In this document: positions 41,306 to 52,755 of the stretch, piece by piece
How the letters are laid out: the number at the start of each line of letters is the position of its first letter
How positions within the stretch are numbered: the first letter of the stretch is position 1
Origin: Octopus bimaculoides
Lineage: Eukaryota
Direction of reading: 5' to 3'
Length of the DNA stretch: 64,000 nucleotides
Assembly: GCF_001194135.2 (NCBI RefSeq)
Contig: NC_068983.1
Span: 108,577,808 to 108,641,807 of the forward strand
Translations under genes and position numbers: made by a program
The notes under the pieces: generated by a model
What the model was told of the DNA's origin: nothing
Database searches by the model: none
Seen by the model: only the letters and a program-made list of their open reading frames with translations

Positions 41306-41520
41306 AAGGGGGTGAACTGGCAGAATCATTAGCATGCTAGGTGAAGTACTTGGTGGCATTTTGTCTGTTGCTACCTTCTGAGTTCAAATTCCACCGAGGT
41401 CAACTTTGCCTTTCACCCTTTCGGGGTCAACAATTAAGTGCCAGTGAAACACTGGGGTCGATGTAACTGCCTAGTCCTCTCCCTCAAAATTCCAGGCCTT
41501 ATGCCTCTGGTAGAAAGGAT
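41306..41520 (+). mobile_element. SINE family B, second tandem copy
   Basis: Head-to-tail after the previous copy; ends in an (ATT)n/(ACT)n tail. Confidence 0.9.
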
Positions 41521-41556
41521 TATTGTTATTATTATTATCATTATTATTATTATTAT

Positions 41557-41588
<32 letters not shown>

Positions 41589-41857
41589 ATGATAATAACA
41601 GTATGCCATACTGGTTGTCAAGAATGTGTTTAATATGTAAAACTGGTATATCCAATTGCTAAATGGAGTGGCTATTTCAGCACTATGTTCGCAAGTGATT
41701 AATGGGTTGGATGTGGTGCTAAAGAAGTAGAAAGAATTCCTGAAATATGCATATACATTTGCTTTGTTTACATAGGTGTATTCATATACAAAACATTGTA
41801 CCTTTCCGTGCTAGCTCTAATCACTATAGAAAATGTGTAGAGATAACTTTAAAATTA

Positions 41858-41895
<38 letters not shown>

Positions 41896-42083
41896 AATGA
41901 CCTCTAACTGAGGCACAAATACTTTTTGAGAGAAGGCTAATCGATGTTACTGAACACAGTACATGACTGGCATTTTAAATTATCAATTCAGGAGTGACTG
42001 AATATGATATAAATTTTCTGGACAAAAAATGTAATAAATGGTGTCATGAGTTTCACTTAAATATATCTAATTTGATAAGTATA

Positions 42084-42288
42084 TCATCATCATCATCATC
42101 ATCATCATCGTCGTCGTTTAATGTCCGCTTTCCATGCTAGCATGGGTTGGACGATTTGACTGAGGACTGGTGAAACCGGATGGCAACACCAGGCTCCAAT
42201 CTAATTTGGCAGAGTTTCTACAGCTGGATGCCCTTCCTAACGCCAACCACTCAGAGAGTGTAGTGGGTGCTTTTACGTGTCACCCGCA

Positions 42289-42291
<3 letters not shown>
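42084..42291 (-). mobile_element. Young RTE 3' terminal fragment
   Basis: 42123-42291 is identical over 169 bp to 18503-18671; (CAT)n tail. Confidence 0.9.
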
Positions 42292-42336
<45 letters not shown>

Positions 42337-42338
42337 AC

Positions 42339-42517
42339 ATTTATATTAAGGGCATTACTATACATCAATGCCTCACACTAGGAGGGACTCTTAAAGTCAA
42401 AACTACCATAATGAACACATGTTAAATGTGGTAAAATGTGTTTATTATGGTAGTTTTAACTTTAAGAGTCCCTCTAAGCATGAGACATTTATGTATAGCA
42501 ATGCCCTTAATATAAAT
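42339..42517. repeat. Foldback/palindromic element (82-bp arms, 15-nt spacer), probably a MITE
   Basis: 42339-42420 is about 90% complementary to 42436-42517. Confidence 0.9.
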
Positions 42518-43499
42518 AAATATATTTATAGGGAATGATTAATAAATTTTTCCCTTATGAAATTTTTTTAATGCGAACTACTTGATAAATTCTTATAAAG
42601 ATTTTATCCTATATATATATATATATATGCAAATATCTTCTGTAAAAACCATGCAAATGTAAATAACTTGTCAATATGATTCACGTAGAATCACAGGTAG
42701 AATATATGGCTATAGAGACTCTATGGAAAGTAAATAATTGTGCACTACACACATATATGCTTAAATACACAGAAAAAGGAAGGGAAAGAGAGAGAGATGT
42801 ATATGCCATATAAATGTCAAATGATGAAAATGAGTACTCAACACCACATTAGTGGATATATTTTCTTTATTTGTGAATTAAGGCTACCATTGGTTTCATG
42901 TTAAGAAAAGTAGGAAAATATCCTAGTGTCTTAATAAATTTTGGGCCAATTACATGTGGAAAGGTGCTCACTTCCATTTTGGAAAACACAACTTCATTTA
43001 CTTCACGTATACACACACACACACACACACACACATGTATCATTAGATGGGCTTGACACATGGCACTTAAACCATATATGTTTGATTCTAATGTTAAACA
43101 TATAAAACTTCCACCATTGCTTGTACACACAAGCACACACAGGTTGTCCATATCTGATTGTGGACAATGATGTAATACAAAGAGCACAGTGACTAAATTT
43201 AAGTGGCAGCCAAATTTAAACACACCTCTGGTACATTTAGATTTGGTTGCTGATTGTCCTTGACTTGTATTTCTTTTATGACTGTCTGATGGTATGTTTG
43301 CTCCATGCTGGTCTTATAAGCTGCATCTACTGGTTGCATCTATAGTGTGACATCATGTGTTGCCAAATACTGAAACATATCATTTTTCCCATGTTCTTTA
43401 CTTTTACTATATATATATATATATATACACATATGTATGTAAGTATGTATGTGCATATATGTGTGTGTGTGTGTGTGTGTGTATGTCTGTATGTATGTA

Positions 43500-43562
<63 letters not shown>

Positions 43563-45016
43563 CTGTGTATATATATGTATATATATGTGTGTGTATATAT
43601 GTATGTGTGTGTATATATATATGTATTCATATACGTATATATTGATAAGAGAGAGAGATTGAGTCAGACAGACAATGAAACAGTGACATACGGGATATAC
43701 CATTAGATACCTTTTAGAAGGACTTCATTTCAGTTTAAAGCTTACAATATATATGTTAAGTTATCCATGATTACTTAAGCCATGTAGATTTCACCATTTA
43801 TATGCATAAATACACTTTCCTCAATATGTATTGCTTTAAATCTTTTCTAAGGCTATCAAAATTCACTGGAATTTCAACAATGAGGTAAGAGTTTCTTACA
43901 TGCATTGCCCATACAGCTTATTTTTTAATCTTCCTTATTGCTATACATGGTAAAAATACAAAATGTATTTTGCCAAATTTTATGAAAACCTTTCATGTAT
44001 AAATTTAAGCTACAGTCTGTTGATTTCTTTTATTTTGTTTTTTACTTTGTAAAAATAAAGATTAAAATATAAAATCAAAGGTAGTTGCATTAGGAAATTA
44101 CTTTTCTTCAAAGAGTATACAAACCTTTAATGTAGTTATAACCATGAAATATTTGTTGTGCAAGTTGATACACTAATATCTGTATCTTATTCATTGTTTA
44201 GTACCATACTTTGTTATATTGGTTCTGTCAAATTAGTTCTTGGTTATTTAAAAAAAGAAATGAAAGATTGTTTTCAAACAAGAAGTTTAACATACAGCAA
44301 ACTTTAATAAGACAGATACACTACTGTTGAGAGGCACAGAGAAAATACACGAGAGAGAGAGAGAGAAACAAAAAGAAAGTGTGTTAATTGTTCAGAAAGC
44401 ATAAAAGAAGTTAAACAATTTTTCGATGAATAAACTCAAGTTTAAAAGAGCCACTTTAGACATAATTTAATCTTGTACTATCAGCATTTATAAAACATTA
44501 ATGAGATCACTCAACTAAGTTTAATGGCTATAATGCATTATTTGACCTCAATTTAATAAAATATATGCTCACAATTTTTATAGGAATATCTAATTAAATA
44601 AAAAGTAAAAAGAAACTATACATTCTAGTTTTATAAATGGTTAAAATAATCTATTTTCAATATTGAAAAAATGATGTGTCATTATATGTGGCGATAAGAT
44701 ATCATATATAACAATATAACTCATTTTACAACCATTACATTATAAGAATCTTGTAGCTGGATGATATATAAAATGCTGTTCTTCACACAATTTTTACAAG
44801 TATTCTTAAAAATGAATTAATGCATCGAAACCTAAAACTGAATTGTTTAAAGATGGAAAAGAATATTTCTCTCTCAGTCAACATTTGAAAACAAAAGCAA
44901 TACACCCATAAGCATATATTCATAATAAATTATACACATCCATCACTAATTATACAACAAAAACTATTAGTCTCCGTGACACTTGTCTCAAATCACTATT
45001 CACAATAAAATAGTTA

Positions 45017-46252
45017 TCGTAAAACCCATGTAAATTGCACACCTGTGTAATTTATGCAGGTGATTTTCAGAATGAAATTTGTTAACAAAATTTTCTACTC
45101 ATGCAAAATTTGCACCCAAAAGTTTTCAGAATTGTCAATATAGCCAGGGGAAAAAGGTTTTCAATTTAGTTGTATTTAGCATAATTTCACTTACTTATGA
45201 TTAGATTTTATTAAATAAAAATAATTTCTGTTTAATAGGTATCACATTGAAAGCTATTAAAGTGTTTGTGTTGTTTACAATAAACTTTATTTTACATTTC
45301 TTGCCCAAAAGAGATTATGTCCCATCTTTAGTATACTGCTGTATGTCTTCTCAAATCACAATCACAGGAAAAGTTGTTGATAGAAATTACCAACAAAAAC
45401 AAAGCTGATAAATATGCCCAGGTGTTTCAAATTAAGTCTAATTACCAATAAACATCAGCTTGGATGACACTTTACTCAACCAACAGAAGAAGGTGACCGA
45501 TCAAAATGATTATGTAAACAGAATTATTTTCCACCTATTCTTATTGGAACCTTTGATAAGGAGTGTCGAAATTTTAATCCCTTGCACACTTATAAAATGT
45601 CAAGCAAACTTAAAAATTTCTCATTAATATTACTGTTAGTATGGGCAGAACTTATAAATTGTTTACTGCAAAGGAAGAATTAAATATGTTGACTATGTAT
45701 TTAAATGTGGCAATAGAGCCAATGTTTGAAAATAGTGTAAACAGCAGGACAAACTTAAAACTATGCCTAGTAATAAACAGACAAAAATAAAAACATACAA
45801 TCAAGATTATCCATATCATTACATTTTTTCAGCCATTAATATCCATATCATTATGTATGTCAATGGTGCTCCATTGCGATAGGTAGAAACTCCAAGCAAT
45901 GTGAAATATGGCCTGGACCATATTTTACCAGCATAAACGTCAGACTTCAAAAAGTAGTTAACCATTTAATGGTTTTAGTAAATTTATGCAGAAAAAGTAA
46001 GCATTATGCAGCCCAGCATAAACAAAAATCAACTTCATATTTAAGCCATTATTTCTTTTTGCAAAACCTTTTTCTGACATTAAATTAGTCAACTTCTGGT
46101 ATAAATGTTTACGTTTCTTTCATCATTTTGCAACAAAAATTTTTTTTTTTAAAATTCTGGAAATGATCTACTCATGTAATTTATGAACCCACTAAAGTTT
46201 ATTTTTATTTTTGCGAAAAAAAAGTGCATAAATTACATGGGTTTTTTTATGG
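45017..46252 (+). mobile_element. pogo-family DNA transposon, deleted derivative
   Basis: Inverted termini TA|TCGTAAAACCCATGTAAATTGCAC ... GTGCATAAATTACATGGGTTTTTTTATGG|TA. From the ATG at 45641, MGRTYKLFTAKE(fs)KYVDYVFKCGNRA resembles the Brinker-type DNA-binding N-terminus (GNRAA) of POGK-like transposases. Confidence 0.7.
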
Positions 46253-47350
46253 TATTAAAAATTTATCACCTTATTCTTTCTGATATTGTCAGTAGTCTGA
46301 ATTTTTTTTTTACCTTGATAAAAACAGAAAATATTTTTTTGAGACGATTATTTGTTAAGAATTATCTCTTTCAATGTCTTGATTCTGTTCTGTCTTAGAG
46401 AACCTTATAGTCTTGTTTCTTCTTTCAATTATTTTCAAAATATTTCAGTTTTATTCTGCTTAAAATATTTTCATTGATTTGAATAATGGATGAGAATATT
46501 GAACTAAGGGAAATAACTCAAGAAGACTAATGGGAAAAAAATAGGTAATTTAAGTAGATAGTGAGATATTGAAAGATGTATACAAAGCAGTCACGAAGAT
46601 TTTTACAAGTAGAAAAAGAGATATGAAGATTTTTGACTAATCTAATTAGCATAAGTTCTAAAAAATGAGGTAAGAAGAATAAGTGCATATAAATCATTCA
46701 TTTATCACCACCTATATGAATTGACTAAACTCTTGCAAATGGCTCACTCAAGTGATTTCCTGCTCATGTTTTTTGATAATGCAACTTATACCAGTCAAAG
46801 ATCTTTGGAAAATTTTTTCTACTAATCAACACAGGGCTGACAGAACTATGCTTTGCTAATGATGTCCAGTAAGGTGGAAATAAGCATATTGCTGTTACGT
46901 TGAGTGCTAATTAAATTGACATGAAAATTTAATTTTCAATGAAATTAATTCTTAATTTCTACAAATTATCTCCCGTTTTCTGTGAGAGGTGATAAAAATT
47001 GCATGTAGATTTTCGCTTCTGTTCCAATTATATTCCAATAAGAAATTTTTGCATACGTCATTAAGTACATCCCACCTACCTGAATAATCTCAATTCATGC
47101 TATAAATCCTCTTGGATTATTTACTCTTTGTACTTATGCAATTTATGCTACCCAAGCATTTTTCTAACTCTTTTTCTAGTTAGAACATCTCTGTCCACTG
47201 TTTCAAACAGGCTTCTGAGATTTAACAAGATTAAACGATGTTAAAACTATCACTTTGCCTCCTAACAGATTTTTCCATTTAAGCACATAAATTCAAACTT
47301 CTGCAAAATTAATTTTTAATTTCTTAAAGATCAAGAATTAATTTGATATA

Positions 47351-47435
47351 ACATATTCTAAAAAGGAAAGATACAAAGATTAGCATGGCTCCTGCACAAG
47401 CATGACATACAAATTTGTAAAGTTTTCATATTTTT
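47351..47435 (+). pseudogene. U6: U6 snRNA pseudogene, 5'-truncated
   Basis: ACATATTCTAAAAAGGAAAGATACAAAGATTAGCATGGCTCCTGCACAAGCATGACATACAAATTTGTAAAGTTTTCATATTTTT aligns with canonical U6 from about nt 18 to the 3' end. The ACAGAGA box is broken by a deletion and the 5' stem-loop is absent. Confidence 0.92.
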
Positions 47436-48075
47436 CATGATGCTTCAAGATGGTGTCCCAACAAGGTAGCAGTCCTCTTTTCTTTACAAGTTGCATATAT
47501 TGTGACTATATGTTTGTTTCCTTTCTCCAATTGATTAAAAAGAAATTTCAATCCAGAATATTTTGCATCAGAATTTTTTCCTTGTACATCACTACCTATC
47601 TATAATATGCATAATAAGACTGGATAAAGTAATTAACATGTTCCTCTATTATGGTAGCTTTTGTAGATGTTTCAAAAATGCCTACAGTTTTTTCTCTGTA
47701 TATTTTTTAGCTAAAATTTCATTAACCCTTTTACTGTAAAATTCAGTCATATCCACTAAAAATTTTATTACCCTTCACTATAGAAAGCAGTTTTATATCT
47801 CAATCTATCACCTGTGGAAGAATGTCATGCCTGAAACTACTTTTTGTCAAGTTTACTGAGGCAATGTGACTTGCAGAAAATACTGGTTCTATTTTTTGGC
47901 AGATGTTTGATATCATTAATGGAATAGCTATGAAATTTAATTTTGCATTAAAAGACTTAAGACCAACTTTGCATTTTATCTTAAAATAAGTACCAGAATA
48001 TATCCATTACCTATATTCTAACCACCAAACCATATTAGCCTTCTATCTAACAAATAAATCCTTAACATATGGATA

Positions 48076-48574
48076 CAGTTAACCTGGAGAGTGCTGGATT
48101 AGTGATTTTGTCATATTATTAATTGATTAAGTATGGTAGGTTAGATTAGGTTAGGTAAAATGCCCTGTAAATTGGTACGAGCTGGTTAATAAGGAAAAGA
48201 GAAACATCAAATGAAATTTCACAGACACATCATTGTCAAGTTTGTTTTTCAACAGCTCAACAATTTCTTTTATGGACAATGCATGGTGTTTATGCTTTAC
48301 ACTGCAAGAAGCATTTCGTTTATGCATTGGAACCTTGGCTGGGACTAAAAGTGAAAAAGGTATAGTTATAAATAAAAAAAAAACTGGAAAGGCCTACCTT
48401 TGTTTACAAATGATGTGAGTGTGTTTATGCAGCAAGTAGCACCAACAAATTGTAGTGGCTAGCTGGTGTGATAACCCAGGAAATTTGAAATTGTTTGAAA
48501 ATTTTTAGCTGAAATTAGTGCAAGATTACTGATTTTGCTGGATTACAGGTTACCAGATTAGTGGCAGTCTACTG
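48076..48574 (-). mobile_element. Tigger (Jerky-like) pogo element, internally deleted
   Basis: TA|CAGT...ACTG|TA termini. Minus-strand MHKRNASCSVKHKHHALSIKEIVELLKNKLDNDVSV resembles the CENP-B/Tigger N-terminal HTH (KRKHxxLSIxxKVELLxKLDxGVSV). Confidence 0.7.
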
Positions 48575-48610
48575 TATTGCCATAGATATTGTGGACGTTT
48601 TTTTCTTTTT

Positions 48611-48735
48611 CCACATGGTTCCGGGTTCAGTCCCACTGCATAGCACCTTGGGCAAGTGTCTTCTACTGTAGCCTTGGGTCGACCAAAGCCTTGTGAGTGG
48701 ATTTGGTAGATGGAAACTGAAAGAAGCTCACCGTA
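48611..48735 (+). mobile_element. SINE family A
   Basis: CCACATGGTTCCGGGTTCAGTCCCACTGC...CCTTGGGCAAGTGTCTTCTAC...GAAACTGAAAGAAGC. Confidence 0.9.
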
Positions 48736-48764
48736 TTTATATGTGTGTTTGTGTTTCTGTATTT

Positions 48765-48927
48765 GTCACCCCCACCATCACTTGACAACCGATGTTGGTG
48801 TGTTCACATCCCTGTAACTTAGCAGTTCAGCAAAAGAGACCAATAGAATAAGTACTAGGCTTATAAAGAATAAGTCCTGAGGTCGATTTGTTTCAAATGA
48901 CTGAAACAAACAAAAGAATAAAAGAAT
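48765..48927 (+). mobile_element. SINE family C
   Basis: CCCCCACCATCACTTGACAACCGATGTTGGTG...GAATAAGTACTAGGC...ACAAAAGAATAAAAGAATA; an inverse copy lies at 57371-57568. Confidence 0.85.
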
Positions 48928-49711
48928 ATGTCAGCAGCATTTTTTAGTAATTATTAATGTACAGAAATAATTTGATTTGAGATTGGTTTAAAAAAATAAC
49001 CTATAATTGAAAGAGAAGAATTGTCATTGAAAATGTATAGAGAAAAATACCACTAAAAACTAAGAAACAAAATAATGACAAATCAATATTGTAAACTCAA
49101 TGTAAGTCTAATAAATCCTTGTCTACCATTAGAACAGGTGTTTAATTACCAGTATGTCAATTAAAAAATTTTTAAGAATTGGCAAAAATCAAGATAATAC
49201 CTCACAAAATGCCTTGCCATAGTTAGTTCTCAAGATCCTTATTCAAGTACTGGGGTCAACTATATTCAAGTATGATCAACAATATATTCTCCCAAAAAGT
49301 ATACCCTTTGTGCCTTAGTCAGAAATATGAAAATGGAAAAGAAATAAATATTTGTTCAATATGCTTTGATAATAAGATAAAAAGAAAAACTATTTCATGA
49401 AGTTCATTGCTGTTGTTCTTTAGCCTCCTGTCAGCTCTGATTGACTAGATCTAACACCAAAGATGTTTGATCAGTGATCATTCTACTTTTTCTTTAAGGT
49501 CAATATCTTCTGGATACATATATCTCATTTCTTTTTTGAAGACAGTAAAAAGTAATTTAAAAGAAATTTGACTACTGTTTCATTTCAGTTGTGTAGCAAT
49601 GTACAAATTGTGTTAAGTTTTCTATGGGGATATTATAAATATTGCTAAATAAATGCCATTATGATATTTATTATTGCTACTACTACTAATACTTCTACTT
49701 TTCTTCTTCTT

Positions 49712-49742
<31 letters not shown>

Positions 49743-49767
49743 TTATTATTATTAGTAGTAGTAGTAG

Positions 49768-49990
49768 TTGGGTGGTTTGCTGGCAGAATTGTTAGCAATT
49801 AGAGCAAAATGCTTAATGGCATTTTGTCTGTCTTTACATTCTGAGTCCACATTACGCCAAGATCAACTTTGTCTTTCATCCCTTTGGGATAGATTAAATA
49901 TGTACCAATGGAGAACCGGGGTCCATGTAATCAACTTAACCACTCTTTTGAACTTGCTGGTCTTGTACCAAAATTTAAAACCATTATTGT
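49768..49990 (+). mobile_element. SINE family B, with a second truncated head at 49998-50030
   Basis: Family B head, body and tail, preceded by a compound triplet array. Confidence 0.85.
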
Positions 49991-50419
49991 TATTATTAAG
50001 GCAGTGAGGTGGCAGAATCATTAGCATACCAATGTTCATTTGCTTACATTACTGGTGGTATATTTTTGTGAACTATGTCTGCCAACATTATGAATAGCTC
50101 CAAGCCCCCAGAAACAGCTGTCGGATTTATAACATAATGCTTTTCCCTCTTTACTTTCTGTGTCTGTGTACTCTGTGCAAGTTTATTCTGTTAAAATATA
50201 ATTATGTATATATTTATACTTCAATATTCATCATCTGAAAATTTTCAGTATTTGCTTTCTCTCTATTTACATATATACTTGTATATATGTTTTGTATATC
50301 TAACCCAAGCAAGCAGTTTTATTCGTTTATTTGCATCACTATCTATCTGCTCCCCTGGATTCCTCTTCTCACCACTCTTTATCCTGTGGACTTGGTCCTC
50401 AGTAAAGATCAATTAAGGA

Positions 50420-52570
50420 GATAAATCAATTAAGGGTATGAAGACATGGAAAGCCCCTGGTCCATCAGGAATCACCATAGAGATGCTCAAAATATCTGGT
50501 GGTGTTGGCGATAGTCTAGTCACCCATATAGTCAATCAGGTGATACATGAAGGAGTCATACCCAATGGCTGGTGTAGCAGCACCATAGTCTGCTGCTACA
50601 AAAGTAAAGGTGATGCAGTAGATACAAATAATTAGAGAGGTATCAAGTTGTTGGATCAGGTAATGAAATTCATGGAGAGGGTCATAGTTTAGATGAGATG
50701 CAGTTTGGGTTTGTGCCAGGGAAAAGCACCATTGATGCTATATTTCTGGTAAGACAGCTGCAGGAGAAATACCTAGCCAAAGATAAACCTCTGTACCTGG
50801 CTTTTGTTGACATAGAGAAAACCTTTGACAGGGACCCTGATCCCATATATGGTGGTCAATGCAGAAACTAGGGATAGATGAGTGGTTGGTGAGAGCTGTA
50901 CAAGCCATGTACAGAGATGCTGTCAGTAAGGTGAGGGTTGGAAAAGCGTATAGTGAAGAATTCCAGGTAGGGGTCCACCAAGGATCAGTCCTCAGCCCCT
51001 TCTTATTCATCATAGTTTTCCAGGTAATAACAGAGGAATTCAAAACAGAATGTCCCTGGGAGCTTCTTTATGCTGATGACCTTACTCTAATACCCGAATG
51101 ACTATCAGAACTAGAGGAGAAATTTCAGGTGTGGAAACAAGGACTAGAATCGAAGGGCCGTAGAGTAAATCTAGCAAAAACTAAAGTCTTAATAAGTAGG
51201 AAGGCAGATAAATCACAAATCCTTTCAGTTAGATGGCCCTGCTCAATCTGTAGAAAAGGTATAGTTAGAAGCTCCTTAATATGTACCCAGAGTAAGCTAT
51301 GGACACAAAAGATGTGTAGCAATATCAAGGGATGGCTAACTAGGAAGATAGTTTTTGTGTGTGGCAAATGTTCAGGGGCAATAAATACTGAAAATATACA
51401 GAAAACAGCTTCTGTCACATGCTAGGAGGTAAAACTACAAGTAGTTGATAGCTTCCATTACCTAGGTGACCAAGTCAGTAGTGGGGGTGGATGCTCTGAA
51501 ATTGTAGCTGCTAGAATAAGAATAGTCTGGGTAAAGTTCAGAGAGCTCTTACCTCTGCTGATGATAAAGGGCCTCTCGCTCCGAGTAAAAGGTAGACTGT
51601 ATGACACATGTGTGTGAACAGCCATGCTTCATGGAGTGAAACATGGGCCATGACTGCTGAGGACATGCATACGCTTGCAAGAAATGAAGCTAGTATGCTT
51701 CGCTGGATGTGTAATGTCAGTGTACATACACGACAGAGTGTAAGCACCCTGAGAAAAAAGTTGGACATAAGAAGCATCAGATGTGGTGTGAAAGAGAGAC
51801 GACTGTGTTGGTATGGTCATGTGTTGCATATGAATGAGGACAGCTGTGTGAAAAAGTGTCACATCCTAGCAGTAGAGGGAACCTGTGAAAGCGATAGACC
51901 CAGGAAGACATGGGATGAGGTGGTGAAGCACGACCTTTGAACGTTGGGCCTCACAGAGGTGATGAGTGACTGAGACATTTGGAGATATGCTGTGCTTGAG
52001 AAAATCCGGCAAGCCAAATGAGACCGTAACCATGGCCTGTGCCAGTGCTGCATGACTGGCCCATTTGTGAGTACCCTTCAATCATTGGGCAATAAATTGA
52101 GCATGCAAGGACCGGTTGAATCAAGTGAAGTCATTTTTGTGGCCAATGCCAGTATTGCCTGACTGGCACCCATGACGGTGGCACATAAAAAGCACCATTC
52201 AAGTGTGGTCGTCACCAGTGCTGCCTGATTGGCTCCCATACCAGTGGCATGTAAAAAGCACCATTTGAGCATGGTTATTGCCAGTGCTGCCTGACTGGCT
52301 CCCATGCAGGTTGCACATAAAATGCACCATTCAAGTGTGGTCGATGTCAGTACCACCAGACTGACCCTTGTGCTGGTGGCACATAAAAAGCACCCACTGC
52401 ACTCTTGGAGCGGTTGGTGTTAGGAAGGGCATCCAGCTGTAGAAACTTTGCCAGATCAGATTGGAGCCTGGTACAGCCTTCTGGCTCGCCAGTCTTCAGT
52501 CAAACTGTCCAACCAATGCCAGCATGGAAAGTAAATGTTGAATGATGACGACGACGACGATGATGATGAT
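50420..52570 (+). mobile_element. RTE-clade LINE, 5'-truncated: RT pseudogene, 3'UTR and (GAT)n tail
   Basis: KAPGPSGITIEMLK, QFGFVPGKST, AFVDIEKTFD, GVHQGSVLSP, LLYADDL, VNLAKTK, RRLCWYGHV, RPRKTW with scattered stops and frameshifts; four 66-bp 3'UTR units; ends GATGACGACGACGACGATGATGATG. Confidence 0.97.
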
Positions 52571-52712
52571 AGATACATACACACACACATACATACACAC
52601 AAACACACACAAAAATGAAAGAATATAAATCATCATCAAATGGGTACATGTGTACATGTGTGTGTGTACATACATGTGCACATATGTGCTTATCTATTTA
52701 TCTGTCTATCTA

Positions 52713-52755
<43 letters not shown>

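Noticed and set aside
48137-48155. TTAGG-like repeats as an interstitial telomere
   Set aside because: Only about 3 imperfect units, inside a DNA transposon; the mollusc telomere repeat is TTAGGG.
52140-52395. Regular 66-bp periodicity (and the 15-bp array at 56343-56453) as a CRISPR-like array
   Set aside because: Whole units are homologous with no unique spacers; eukaryotic TE context; no cas genes.
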